Shown here in pieces: positions 39,985 through 53,454 of a DNA stretch of 64,000 bases. The notes below the pieces were generated by a model, which saw nothing but the letters and a program-made list of their open reading frames with translations, was not told the DNA's origin and made no database searches. The first letter of the stretch is position 1; every line of letters begins with the position of its first letter. Where the stretch lies: contig NC_045696.1 of assembly GCF_009834535.1 (NCBI RefSeq), positions 41,666,001-41,730,000 on the forward strand, read 5' to 3'. The translations under genes and the position numbers were made by a program. This DNA is from Camelus ferus. Its lineage: Eukaryota.

Positions 39985-40118
39985 GGGGAAGGGTATAGCT
40001 CAGTGGTAGAGCACATGCTTAGCATGCACACGGTCCTGGGTTCAATCCCCAGTACAACCATTAAAGTAAGTAAACCTAATTACCTCCCCCAAAAAATAAA
40101 TAAATAAAAACAATTTTA
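39985..40118 (+). mobile_element. tRNA-Ala-derived SINE (Vic-1-like)
   Basis: ggggaagggtatagctcagtggtagagcacatgcttagcatgcacacggtcctgggttcaatcccc, aaacctaattacctccccc, A tail; flanks aataataataacagcaa / aatagtaataatagcaa. Confidence 0.9.
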
Positions 40119-42944
40119 AAATAGTAATAATAGCAAAAATGATTACAACTAAATTTATCATTTGCCAAGCACTGTGCTAAGTGCTTTACCTTGGTTAACT
40201 CAATTCTGGCATCAATCTTCAGAGAAAAACTCTATTACCACGATTTAGACATATGAGGAAACTAATGCTAGGAGAGATTAAGAATTTGCTCAGGGTCACA
40301 GAGCTAGCCAACGAAGGAGCTGTGATGTAAAATAGGGCCATCTGATTCTAGAAATCTCACTCTTTTCCACCTCAATTCTAGACAACATGGCCTTTATGTG
40401 ACCCATTCTCTCTAGAAGAGCAACCAAGATGGTTTTACTTAGTCTTAATTATAGTGATCTTATTATATAAATGACCTAAAAATCAAAGTATATGAGGACC
40501 CAGAAAGAAAGAGGAAGGGAAATCCAGTCAAAGTTGGAGAGCTCTGAAGAACAATTGGATAAGAAGAGCAAAGAAGTTCAACTAAGACAAAGCACAATAC
40601 AGTCACTAGAACAGCAAAGTGGGACGACATGGCAGAAAAACCAGACCTCACCTGGGGTTGGTCAAACCGTTCCCCACATCCAAATCGAACTGAAGCTAAT
40701 TCTCTAAGTAAGCATTCAGAATGGAGAAAGTTTGTTTACTTCAGCAGAACAAGATTTCACTTAGGGAATTCAAAATAACATTACTTTAATGATGGTAAGT
40801 AGGCAACTCTCAGTAACTCAAGTCATTTGTCTAACACTCCAACACTGAATCCCCTCATCCTCTCACACTCCTTTCAAAAGACAATAAAGAACACTTAACA
40901 ACAAGAACCCTTTCACATGCTCTCATTAGGCACGCCTCCTGCAGAGAGCTAGACCAGAGTCACTCACAACAGAGCTAGAACAGAGTCGCTTTGAGTCTGG
41001 AGACAGAAATACTTCATTTCTAGGCCAAACTACAAATTTGGAAGTTGGTCGGCTAAGACTTTTAGTTTAATCCCAGCAGCAAACCACCCCCTACTGTCTT
41101 ATTTCCTCAGCTTATCCAGCACATAATTTACTCCTCACAGTTACTGCCTAATCATGTCAGTGGAATTCAGATGGAATTGTGTCAAAAGATATCACAGCCC
41201 CATGGAATATATGGCTAAAAATATAGTGAAACAAGCCAGCAATAATTTCAAAACTAGATTACTACTCCCCTTTACAATTTTCTATACTTTACTTTGCTCT
41301 AGAATCTATTGACTGTAATCAGCATGTGACCACAAAAGAACTCCAGGCAAGGAGTTAGGAATCCTGGGTGCTAGTCCCAGCTGTATCACTAACTTTGCAT
41401 ATAACTTGGAAAAATATCTCAGTTGCTCTGGGCCTCAAGAACTAATCTCTAAAACAGGAACACCTCCTACCCTGCTTACTTCACAAAGATGTTGATGAAA
41501 ACTAAGTAAAATATTATATGCAGAACCATTATGAAAAGTAGGAAATGCAAAACAAACATAAAAGAAAATAGGGGTTAATGGCACACATGTCATCCCAAAC
41601 AGAATAAAATATATGCTGAAAAAAAGATGTGTATTTGTCTTTGTGATCATGATAGGCATCCTTATCTATAAATCTAAGTTAACTGAGATACCAGGAAAAA
41701 AATTCCAAAGATCCATCCTTACATTGAGAATAGCATCAGGGTCCTGATAATAGACTTGGGTGATTGAACAGAAACTCAGGTATTCATTTAACAAACACTT
41801 AGGCGCACATATCCTAGACTGGGCTCTGTGCTGGTTATTGAAGATACAACAGTACGATGAGATGGCAGGGAGTTAAGCAGTGACTGGACCTAAATGGAGA
41901 CGCTTTCAAGATGTCTGGCTGTGATGGAGAAAAGCCATATTTATTATAGCTTGTATGTGCTTCTTAACCATACAGGATGTGTAAGGTGTGCTATCATTTT
42001 TATTAGGTACAACCATGAAGATTACTGGCACTGGCAGGACCCACCAGATTATTTAGTGCACTGCCTGTGTGTTGCAATGGCAATCACAAGGAAACTTCGA
42101 GCTCTGCCTCTCAGTGGTGAACCCACACCTGAAACACCACATGGCCCCACATCTAAATAGGTGCTCAATCCCAGGCCCCAGCATAGACTTGGTGGTATCA
42201 TCAGCTGTATGAAGTGAGACCACAAAGAGTCCCACTTCCCTCCTGTTTACTCAGTTTGATTTGAAACTTACACACACCCCACTACCACCCACATGTGTGC
42301 TCTATCTTTTGCCTGGACTTTGCTCTCCAGGCTGGATCTCTGAACACTGACTCACCTAGTTGGTTTTTCAATCTGTCCTTCCATCTAACTTGAGGCAAAA
42401 TTCAAGACTCTGATCTGAATTGCATGCCCTGGTGGTGCTTTTCAAAATAATCACCCACATGCTGGCATAATCTAGATCTTGAGAGTGTGGACTGAATTGG
42501 AAATCCTTAGTCCCTGTAGGCTCGAAATCCCTCAGCCTCCATGATCTGCTTTCTGCTCAGGAGCCAGAAATGACCTTAATCTTAAGCCTAAAGACCAACA
42601 GAGCCAAGACTCATAACAGTGGAGGATTCATCAAGGTTGTGCTATTCCTATGTTTCAAGATCATAATCATCATTACATAATAAAGTGACTCGTATCACCA
42701 CCCGTCATTTAATAAAATATCTCCCACTAAGGTATACCATTTTAGATCAATATTATCATTAGCCTGTAAGCCTCAACAACAGTAGATCATTTCATATTCC
42801 ATTTCCAAAAATCTGTTTTCTCACCCAAGAGAAAAGAACAAGTCTGCCTCCTGGTAAGTTCAGACAGTAAACAAGCATAGTGGTTATGGAAATGGTCTGG
42901 AAAGGGAAGTGGCCTCAAGGGGAGGAAAAGCATTTGAGACTTAC

Positions 42945-42968
42945 CCGCAGGCCAGGTCATTGCAGGAA
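42945..42968 (-). CDS. IMPG2: Putative IMPG2 24-nt microexon between exons 4 and 5 (SCNDLACG)
   Basis: ccttcctattttttcgccag|TTCCTGCAATGACCTGGCCTGCGG|gtaagt; frame-preserving, no stop. Confidence 0.8.
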
Positions 42969-43072
42969 CTGGCGAAAAAATAGGAAGGAATCATTAAATT
43001 TGGGGTGAGTCTTGGAGTAGGTATAATACCTCTCTGTTGCCAAACATGAACTTAGGGAAAAAAGACACTCAC

Positions 43073-43104
43073 CTGCTGACGGTTTCCTCTGCATACGTCA
43101 GTTT
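43073..43104 (-). CDS. IMPG2: IMPG2 coding exon 4
   Basis: 32 nt, AG 43105-43106, GT 43071-43072; KLTYAEETVS(S). Confidence 0.92.
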
Positions 43105-45051
43105 CTAAGGAAAACAAAGATACAAAAATGACCATGTGAGTTAATGACAGTTATTAAGCAGTAAATAAAACTCACTGCACAGAGAACACTAATGCCCTAA
43201 CATAGAATCTATGTTATTATTCTTTATGGTGAGACAAATAGTTAAAGGAAGGTACTAACTGATGCGAGGTTTGTTTTGTGGCTGACAAGGTCCCAACACT
43301 CACTCTCTGTGTGCTCCCAAAAGTTCCTGTGCTCTCTCTTAATGGGCACAATTTAAAGGACTTTTCCCACTAATCATTCCAAAAAGGTCTACAAAGTTAA
43401 AGATTGGGAGGGTTTCACATTAACCTTCCACGGACTTAGAACCAAAGTGTTTTGTGATTTAACAAATCTACAGAAACTCTTATCATAGAATAATATAATC
43501 ATGTGGATGAAATAACTATTAAATCTGATTCTCCAGAATTCAAACAAAAAGATAAATTATATCAATAATTGGATTATTCCTTTGGGGCATTACAAAGCAC
43601 ATTACCTCCAAGTTTCCTCTAAATTACTAGTTTTATTAAGACCAATATGATAAAAAGAACACTAATGTGGAATTAGAAGACCTAGTTTCAAATCCCTTTT
43701 CTTTGCTATGGAGACAAATTCCAAAATCTCTCTGGTGCTGGGACTAAGTTTCCTCATCTGTAAAATGGAGAGACTATTAATCTATATAACTCTCAAGATA
43801 TTTATAAATAACTCATTGCTCTTCTTACTCCACAGACTTTCCTAGAATAATCTCAGCCACTCTTATGATTTCAATTACTACCCCGAGGCTGGTGATTCCT
43901 ATAGCTATATTTATAACCCAGACTGCTCTTCTTGGCTTCATACCTAAATATCAAGCAATTCACACTTCACAGATGGCTCAAAACAATGCATTAAAAAGCA
44001 AACTCATTCTGCCCCTCAGCAGATATGAGCTGCTTCTCTGCCTGAGTTCTCGGCGATAGTCATCTAGCTAGAAACCTTCCCAGGCCATTGCTTCCTCCTA
44101 TCTCACCCCCATCCAAACCATCAGAGTCCTACTAATTTTTTTTCCTGCTTATAGCCCTCCTGCTCCCTTTCTCTATCTCATGGCCTAGTTAGGACCCTCA
44201 TCCCCTCAGGCCTGAAGTAGTGACTGGTCTCTCTACTCCAGTCTTGTCCCCTCTAATCTATCATATGGTGTATAAAAACCATATAACTGTTTCACAATTC
44301 AAAACTGTCCAATCAGCCCCAGTGACTCACCTATCTACAACCTTTCAATGGTTTCCTATCAACTACAGAGTTAAATCCAAACTTGTTCAGTTACTCACCT
44401 TCCTAGCCTGATCTCCTGTCAATTTTAGTCTACACTTCTGGTATATTGGCCCATATATACATGTACAACTAATAATAATAAGTAAGAAGTACAACATTAA
44501 AGAAAGAATAAAGAATTATGGAGTTCAAAGAATTATGGGAGCTAAATCTTCTAGGCTAGGGGTTGATTCCTCACAAAGGAGGTCACATCTGAGATGAGGA
44601 CATGCAGGACTTGAACAAAAGGAATAAGGATGCTGGGACCTATCACACAGCATGAGCAACCTACTACATGTATCTAAACAGTTTCATGCTCTTGTCACAA
44701 ATACACGCACGCTACATGAAAAGGGGAGGGTGGGCAAGTAATTTGTCTATAAGCATGCTTATTTATCCTTTGCTAAGAATAAACTAAATGAAAAAAAAGG
44801 AAGCAAATTCATTAATTAGAATCATATTTATACTTTACCAAACATTTATTCAAAACCCTATATTCTCTATCTTAATTTGAGTCATTGGTACCACTCTGAA
44901 TTGATAATGTGCAAAACTCTGGCAAGAATGTTTGCCACAGATTTATATTCTTGGCCTAAATCTTTGCTGAGTATTATTTCCAAATATGTACATTTTTAAA
45001 TGAGCCTGAGGCTCTTCTTGGGTTAACAATGCTTATTATTTTTTGACTCCC

Positions 45052-45302
45052 CATTTTTTTAATTTAAGTATATTTGACTTACAGCATTGTATTAGTTCCA
45101 ACTGTAGAACAAAGTGATTCAGTTATACATATATGTGACACCTATACCTCTACATATATATATACATTCTTTTTTCTGATTTTTTTTCATTATAGTTTAT
45201 TCCAAGATACTGAATATAGTTCTCTGTGCTATTCAGTAAAACCTTGATATTTATCTATTTTATATATGTTAGTGTGCATCTGTTAAGCCAACACTCCCAA
45301 TC
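45052..45302 (-). mobile_element. L1 3' fragment, same orientation as IMPG2
   Basis: tttaagtatatttgacttacagcattgtattagtt...gtgattcagttatacat...gatactgaatatagttctctgtgcta is the reverse complement of the L1 tail seen elsewhere. Confidence 0.8.
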
Positions 45303-45498
45303 TGGCAATGCTTATTATAATGGCCAGAGCTAGGCACACAAAGACTGGCTGCCCTGTGGCAGGCCACTTGACTAGCCTGATTCAACAAAAAAGAGTAATG
45401 CAGGGATTTGACATTTGTTCTTTCTTCCTTTAGGCCTGAGCTGTGTATACATGCTCCTGTGATATTCCAGCAACTTCTTCCCTTGTTACTACATTTAC

Positions 45499-45665
45499 CT
45501 TCATAATTAAGCTTCTATGTTCCACAGACTGACTAAAATGTGTGCCCATTTCAAATATAGTTGTGATTCCACCCTCACACAAATTCATCCAGTAATGATA
45601 CTCCTCACGCGCAGGAAGTCGATCCCAAAAAGTCCTGAAGGCTTCCCAGACAGCTTCCTGACATA
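45499..45665 (-). CDS. IMPG2: IMPG2 coding exon 3
   Basis: 167 nt, AG 45666-45667, GT 45497-45498; (V)[55 protein letters not shown]. Confidence 0.96.
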
Positions 45666-45989
45666 CTGAAAAACAAACAGAGAGGTGTTTTTATGGAAAG
45701 CACTTTGGGGTTCTCATAATGATCACGGGACTGTTTATTCACATTCCCAAGACATGGCCGCCCACAACGTCTCTTGTGGAGAGGCATGGGAATGACTCTC
45801 GGTCAAAGCCCTTCTGTGTGCCCTGCTTAAAGTTTTCAGAGCTGAAGAGAATGTGTACTCCCCACTCCTTCTCCTTGCAAAAAGGAACTGATTCACCTCC
45901 TAATAGACTGGGGTTTTTTCCCCATCTCTTAAAAAAAAAAATCCATGCTTACAGTTTACAAAAGTAGAGCTGATATTGAGTATACTTCA

Positions 45990-46565
45990 ACAGGTAAGTA
46001 ACTAACCTGTGGTAGGTACATCAATATGATGGAATTATTATTCAATGATAAAAAGAAATGAGGTTTCAAGCCATGAAAGGACATGGAGAAGATTTAAATG
46101 CATAATGCTAAGCAAAAGAAGCCAATCTGAAAAAGTCACATACTCTTTGGTTCCAACAATATGACATCTGGAAAAGCAAAACTATGTAAATTATAAAAAG
46201 GTCAGTGGTTGCCAGGGGCTGGGGAGAGAGAAAGATAAAGGAGGTGGAAAGCAATGGATTTTAGGGCAGTGAAACTATTCTGTATGAAACTGTTTAATAG
46301 TGGGCACATATCATTGTATGTTTGTCAAAACCCATAGAACATAGAACACAATGAGTGAATTTTTGTAAATTATGACCACTAGTTAAGAATAATGTGTCAA
46401 TATTGGCTCATTAATTGTAACAAATATACTACACTAACACAAGATGTTAATAAGAGGGGAACGTGTGTATGGAAGAGTGGCAGTATATGTAATTCTCAGG
46501 ATTTTCTGCTCTATTTTTCTGTAAACCTAAAACTTCTCCAAAAAAAAAAAAACTATTAATTTTTA
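45990..46565 (+). mobile_element. Old L1 (L1M-type) 3' fragment
   Basis: atggaattattattcaatgataaaaagaaatgag...aaagaagccaatctgaaaaag...gtggttgccagggg...ctgtaaacctaaaact. Confidence 0.75.
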
Positions 46566-47569
46566 AAAAGATATGAGAACTAAAAAAAAGAAAGTGAAAA
46601 AGAAAAAAGAAAATGATATTCAGAAGAAATATACTACGGTATTAAAATAAAAGCTAATATAATCTATTTGCTAAGTTATTCCAAAGCACCAAATCCAAAG
46701 GAACATTAAACAAGCTGTCTGCACGTTTTGTAGAACACTAAGTATATTGCTATCCTGTAACCATTAAAGTGGGCAGATGCAGGGCACTGCGGGTAACAGA
46801 TTGGGATGGGAGAGAAGAGGAGGAAGGTGGTGAGGGAGAAAGAAGGATTTAAATGGACAGAGATCAAGGAAATTATTTTTCATCTCAAGAAGACTGAATG
46901 CTTATTCAGCACCATATTGAGGTGGAGTCCCTGAACTCAAAGAGTGAGAAGGATCTAAATTCTAGCCCTAGCCTCACTGTGTCCTAGCTTGGTAACTGCA
47001 GTTAACTTACTTTACCTAGCCACTCAACACTTCAATGTACTCATCTCTCTCTTTTAATGAGATGAATAATAACTGCGTTACTTACCTTATCTGTGAAAGC
47101 ACTTTATAAACTACATAGTGCTACATAAATATCACATGTTATTATTGTATTGGATTCTGGTTGTCCAAAGGTTATCTGATGTAGGTCTCGGCCTAAAAAC
47201 AACTCTTAAGCTTTAACAGAGAGTGAAATAAATGAATATTGAAAGTTTCTCTACCAATTGATTTTTCAGGTTATACTGAACTCTTGGTTGCAAACTTTGT
47301 TTCTATTTCAGTGAACTAACTGCATCCTTGCTACTGCTCTTTAGAACTTTTGATCTTCTGCAGCGGAAGAGTTCAGCAGGCACTAACTGAGGCAGAGTTG
47401 ACCACTTGTATAATCTTTCTTTCTTTCCTTATTCCCCTTAAAACTTTCAAATAAAAGTTTAGTATACACTAGAGGACAATGCAAATGTGAAAGTCTGGGT
47501 TGGTAAAAAACAAAAAGCAAATGTCTATAAGGTCTGGTTATGAAATGAGGCGATTGAAAGAAAGCACTA

Positions 47570-50015
47570 AAAATATTGTGAGGTCAAATAACCATATATC
47601 TATAAGAATAATAAATTTCAATAACTTCTTCACCATATCCATAAAAACTACTTTGAAATATAACAACTAATACTACAAAGGTCCTAAAAGAAAACACATT
47701 AAGAGTATCTACATAACTTGAGGATAGGCAAAGATTTCATAGACAGGATACAGAAAGCAACAAGTGTAAAAGAAAAAAACTGAAATTAAAATTCATCAAA
47801 ACTAAACACTTCTGCTCAACAATGACAGTATTAATAAAAATGAATAGGCAAGACATATCTCTGACAGAAAATATTTAAATTACATATCTCTGACAAAGAA
47901 CTGGTATTTAGAATATTTAAAGAATTTCTACAGCTCCCTAACAAAAAGGCAAACAATCTAATTTTTAAAACATGTAAAAGACTGGAACAGATACTTTACA
48001 AAGGAAGAGATACAAATAGTCAATGAGTATGTGAAGACGTGCTATCATTCATTCTTTAGAGAAATGCAAATTAAACCATCCACATATGAACCAGAATGGC
48101 TAAACTTTTTTACATGGATAATACCAAATTTTGGCAAGAATGTGGAGCAACCACAACCCTCATTTTTGGCAAGAATGTAAAATAGGGCAACCACTTTGGG
48201 AAAAGTACTGGTATTTTCTTATATAACCAAATATACACCAAGCCTATGACCCATCAATTCCCTTCCTAGGTACTCCCTCAAGCTAGAAGTAAGCATATAT
48301 CCACAGAAAGACTTACGTTCAATGCTAGGGCAGCTTCATTCAGGGTAACTTAAAAAAGGAAACAACCCAGGTATCCATCAACAGGAATATAAGCAAACAT
48401 ATGGCCACATAATAGAATCAAAGGAACAAATTACTAATTCATGCAACAACATGAATGAAACTCAAAAGGCTGAGTGAAAGAAGCCTTACATAAAAGAGTT
48501 CATACTATTCCATTTATATAAAATCCAAGATAGGTGAAACTAACTTATGGTTTAAAAAAATTAGAAGACTGGTTGCCTGATAGTTGAGGGTAAGAGGGGA
48601 GGAGTGTCTTGCAAGGGGAATAAGGGAACTTTCTGGGGTGGTACTTCACCCAAATTTAAGAGACATATGGGTTACACAAGTGTGTGCATTAGTCAAAACT
48701 CACCAAATAGTACACTTAAGATTTATGCATTTCACTCTATGTAAATTTCACCTTTAAAACAGTAAACAAATATAAAGCTCTAGTTAATGATCTTCATGTT
48801 CAAGTGTCTAACGGGGAAATGTACTGATGTCTTTAATTTATAAAAATATAACTAAAAAATAGGATGGTTGGATAGACAGATATATGATAAAGCAAATATA
48901 AAATGTTAATTGTAGCACCAGGTAGTAAGACTATGGTGTTCACTATACTATTCTTTCAACTACTCTGTATGTTTCAAATTTTTCATAAAGTCTTGGAAAA
49001 ACTTTGTGTGTGGAAAATGTAGTTGGAGTATACAGAAGTGTAGAAATCACACCAGGTTTCACAGCAGGCCTTCTCTTGGCCTCTGTCATGAACTTACAGA
49101 AGAACAGCATAAGCTATCTCCTCTAAACTACGCGTCCTCATCTCCTAAAAAAACCTCCCAAGAAATCTACTTATAAACTAATAAAATTAATAAACAAGTT
49201 CAGCAAGGTTGCAAGATACATGAGCAATATATTAAAAAATCACATATACATATTGCCTAAGCAACCACTAATCTACTTTGTTTCTTAACCAAAACCGTAT
49301 AAAAAGATGCTCAACATTATTGGTCATTAGAGAAATGCAAATCAAAACCACAAAATACCACTTCACAGCTATTAGGATGGTTGTAATTTTTTTAAGAAAA
49401 TTATAATGCTGGCAAAAATGTGGAGAAATCAGAACTTTCATACACTGCTGGTGGGAATGGTGCAGCTACTTTGGAAAACAATCTGGCAGTCCCTCATATG
49501 GTTAAACGTATGACCCAGAAATTCTACTCCTAGGTAAACAACCAATAGAAATGAAAACAACTCAAATGCCCATCAGCTGGTGAATGGATAAACTAAATGT
49601 GGTATATCCATACAACAGAATATTATTATTTGGCCATAAAAAAGAATAAACTACTGATACATGCTACAAACTGGATGACCCTTGAAAACATTATGCCAAG
49701 TAAATGAAGCCAGTCACAAAAGACCACATACTGTATTATCTCATTTATATGACATATCCAGAATAGGTAATTCTACAGAAAAAGAAAGTAGATTAGTGGT
49801 TGCTTAGGCCTGGGGAGAGGGGTAGGGAAAGAAGAGTGACAAGAAAGTGATAGCTAGAGGGTGAGGGGTTTATTTTTGAGTTGCTGAAATGTTCCTAAAT
49901 TAAGTGTGGTGACTGTTGCTTGTTTCTATGAATATATTAAAAAACCATTGAATTCTATACTTTAATGGGCTAATGGTAAGGTATGTGAATTATACCTCAA
50001 TGAAACTGTAAAAAA
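47570..50015 (+). mobile_element. Cluster of old L1 (L1M-type) ORF2/3' UTR fragments
   Basis: Two runs of gagaaatgcaaat...aaacca, tatgaccca...ctcctaggta and 3' UTR motifs; boundaries approximate. Confidence 0.75.
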
Positions 50016-50042
50016 ATGCAGTTCCCACCAGAGAAGTAATAT

Positions 50043-50261
50043 AGTTGACTTTTGAATAATGCAGGGGTTAGGAGCACTGACCCTCCGCACAGTCAATTTA
50101 CATATAACTTGACAGTCAAATCTCCTTATCCAAGATTCTATCTACATCCATAGATTCAACCAACCCTGGATCATATAATACTGTAGTACATATTTACTGA
50201 AAAAAATCCATGTATAAGTGGATCCTCACAGCTCAAACCTGTGTTTTTCCAGGGTCCACTA
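50043..50261. mobile_element. Tigger2/MER8-type TcMar MITE
   Basis: Imperfect terminal inverted repeats agttgacttttgaataa ... tttttccagggtccact; internal gattcaaccaacc and gtataagtggat. Confidence 0.7.
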
Positions 50262-50867
50262 CACATCCTTAATTTATGTAATTGTTTTCCAATTCAGAGC
50301 TATCTGACAAGAAGATCCAATTAACTAATGTGGGATAATAGAATTCAGAACACTTTTATTCTGATAAAGGAAGAGAACTGGGGGAAGTCTGGAGCACTCA
50401 TGCAGTTCAGAGAGGGGAAACCTAAATAGGACAGTGCAGGCAATAAAGAGAAGAGCAAAATCAGCATGATTCCAAGGGAAGAGGTACTAAGGAAGGCAAA
50501 ACTCCACCTTCGGGTGAAACAGACAAATGTCACATACTTCACTATCTGGTCTGTTTGTTCAGAAGTCCTATCCTTGCCAAATAATTTTCATGTACTTTAG
50601 TTACTGCTGGAGAAAACTTTCTATTTTTGAGAAGATAACTAATCTACAAATGCCTCTCTTCTGGCAAAGGAAACCAGTGGAGGAAAGGTAAATGTGATGA
50701 CAATATTCTTTAGAAGGAAATGCCAGCATTTAATCTGTCTTTAATCCTGTTACTAGGGCTCAGGCTGTGCATCTTTATCTAGTACATAGAAATCTAGAAT
50801 GAAGCAAAGTACTTTTTTAGGGTAATATAGTTTCCTTTCAGAACTGTGGAGCCCAAGGTCAATTTGG

Positions 50868-52848
50868 TGCAATAAGGCAAGAAAAAGAAATAAAAGACAT
50901 ACAGGTTGGAAGATAAGAATTAAAACTATATCTTTATTTGTAGATGAAGTAATCACCTACGTAGAAAACCGTAAGGAATATATGAAAAAGCTACTAGAAC
51001 TAATAAGTGAGGTTAACAAAGTTACAGAATAAAAGATCAATATACAAAAATCAGTTTTATGTCTATATACTAGCAAGGAACAATCAGAAACTAAATTTTA
51101 AAAAATACTGCTAACAATAGCAAGAAAAAAGTGAAATAAACCTGATAAAAAGATGTGTAAGACCTACACACTAAAAATTATAAAACACTGGTGAGAGAAA
51201 CTGACAAAGATCTAAATAAATGGAGATACATATCCATAAATCAGAAGACTCAATATTGTTAAGATGATCATTCTTCCCAAATTGATCAATAGATTCAACA
51301 CAATCCCAGTCAAAATCCCAGTAGCCTTGTTTGTACAAATTGGAAAGCTGATTACAATATTTCTATGGAAGACAAAGAACCTAGCATAACCAAACAAATT
51401 CAAAACAGAAGAACAAAGTTGAAGGACTTACCCACACTACCTAATTCAAAGACTTATTATAAAGCTTACAGTAATCAAGACAGTATGGCACTGGCATAAA
51501 ACAGACAAATAGATCAGTGTAAGAAAATGAAGTGTGAAGAAATAGATCCAGCATATACAGAAGACTGATTTTCAACAAAGGTACAAAGGTAAAAAAAAAA
51601 AGATAATCTTTTTAATAAATGATGCTGGAACAATTGGCTATGCATATGCAAAAAAAAATTTAACTTAGATCCATATACACCATATGCAAAAATTAACTGA
51701 AGTAAAATTAACTAAGGTAACTATAGACCTGAATGTAAACCTAAAAACTATAAAATTTCCATAGGAAAAAACAGGAGAAAATCTTTGTGACTCTGAGCTA
51801 GGCAAATTTAGACCCAACACCAAAAGCAAGCATGATGAAAAGAACCCTAATAAACTAGACTTTATCAAAATTTAAAACTTTTGTTCCCCAAAAGACATTG
51901 TTAAGAAAATAAAAAGATAAACCACACATTGGAAGAAAATGTATGCAAAACACATATCTGACAAAGAACTTGTATTTGGAATACGTAAAGAACACTTACA
52001 ACTCAATAATTAGATGAATAGTTATTTTTTAAGTGAGTAAAATATTTGAATAGACTCTACCAAAAAAGATATACAAATGGCAAATGAGCACATAAAAGTG
52101 CTCAACATCATTAGCCATCAAGAAAATGCAAGTTAAAACCATAATAAGATATCATTTCATATCTACTAGAATGGTTACAGTTAAAAAAGACTGACTATAC
52201 CAAGTATTGCATAGATGTGGAGAAACTGGAATCACAACATATTGCTGGTGGTACAACTACAATGGAAAACAATTTGGCAATTTCTTAAAAAGTTAAACAT
52301 ACGGTTATCATGTGACCCAGCCATTCCACTCCTATTAACCAACAGAAATTAAACCATACGTTCACACAAAAACTTGTACACAAATGTTCATGACAGCTTT
52401 CTTTGTAATCACCAGTAACTGAAAACCTCAAATATCCCAAAATGCAGTATATCCATAAAATGAAATAATACCCAATAATAAAGAATACAAACTATTGACA
52501 CACAAAAAAATGGATGGATCTCAGAATGATTAAACCAAGTAAGAGAAGTCAGACAAAAAAGAACACATAGTATGATTACATTCATATATAAAAGTGTAGA
52601 AAATGCAAACAATACATAGTAACAGAAAGTAGATTAGTCATCGCCTCGGTACTGGGGTCAAGGGAAGTGCTGAGGGAAGGAAGGTTACAAAGGCACATGA
52701 GAAAATGGAGATAAATGGTAACTTCACTATCTTAACTGCAGTAATAATTTCAAGGATAAACACCTTTGTCAAACTAATCAAATTATATACTTTAAATATG
52801 TGCAGTTTATAATCCACCAAAGTATACCTTAATAAAGCTATATTTTAA
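50868..52848 (+). mobile_element. Old L1 fragment (RT C-terminal part, ORF2 end, 3' UTR)
   Basis: tctttatttgtagatga (SLF.D motif), ctactagaactaataagtgag (LLELISE), agactcaatattgttaagatg (RLNIVKM), ending aataaagc. Confidence 0.88.
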
Positions 52849-53417
52849 AAGTCCAACTACAAATATACTTTTAAAGGAGAGATACTATTAATTACATCCT
52901 ACTCTAAGCAGCCTAAATATGTTTAATTTTACAAATCATTAAATTAAATGCAGTTATTTCTTGCTTAAATGGAGCTATTTTTCAAATTTGTTATTTTAAC
53001 TAGCAACTGATACCAAATTATCTATGAAGGAAAAACTAGGCAAACCATGAATGAATGAAGTTGATGGAAAGAGCAAAGATCCTTGGTTGGACTCCCTCCA
53101 ATCTCCAGACAGTTGGTTCTAAGGGCATAAGCCAATTTCTCTTCAAAATCAAGACATATGTGGAAATATTCATTTTTCCCACTTTTCAAAAACATAACAA
53201 ATAAAATACTTACTCTTTAAACATAACAGTAATAGCTAAATCAACATTGTTAAAATCTTGATGTGCTGTGCCAACCATTTTAGCTTTATGAGGTCCCTTT
53301 CCAATAGTCTCATTCATAGGACCTGTATTTTAAAGTCAGTTACTCTAGGAATGCTTTATTTTTCTTTTTGTTGGCTTCTTTTTCAATAGTATCTCTTGAA
53401 TTTATAAACACAAGGGA

Positions 53418-53454
53418 GCTCCGGTTGCACAATCAGTTAGCGTGCGGTACTTAT
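53418..53454 (+). pseudogene. 5'-half tRNA-Ile(TAT) tailless retrocopy
   Basis: gctccggttgcacaatcagttagcgtgcggtacttat vs remembered GCTCCAGTGGCGCAATCGGTTAGCGCGCGGTACTTAT (5 differences, 3 at CpG); 17-bp direct repeat atttataaacacaaggg at 53400-53416 and 53453-53469. Confidence 0.88.

Noticed and set aside
39985..40055. Apparent tRNA-Ala gene
   Set aside because: Acceptor stem is not intact; followed by SINE body, A tail and TSD, with dispersed diverged copies in the window
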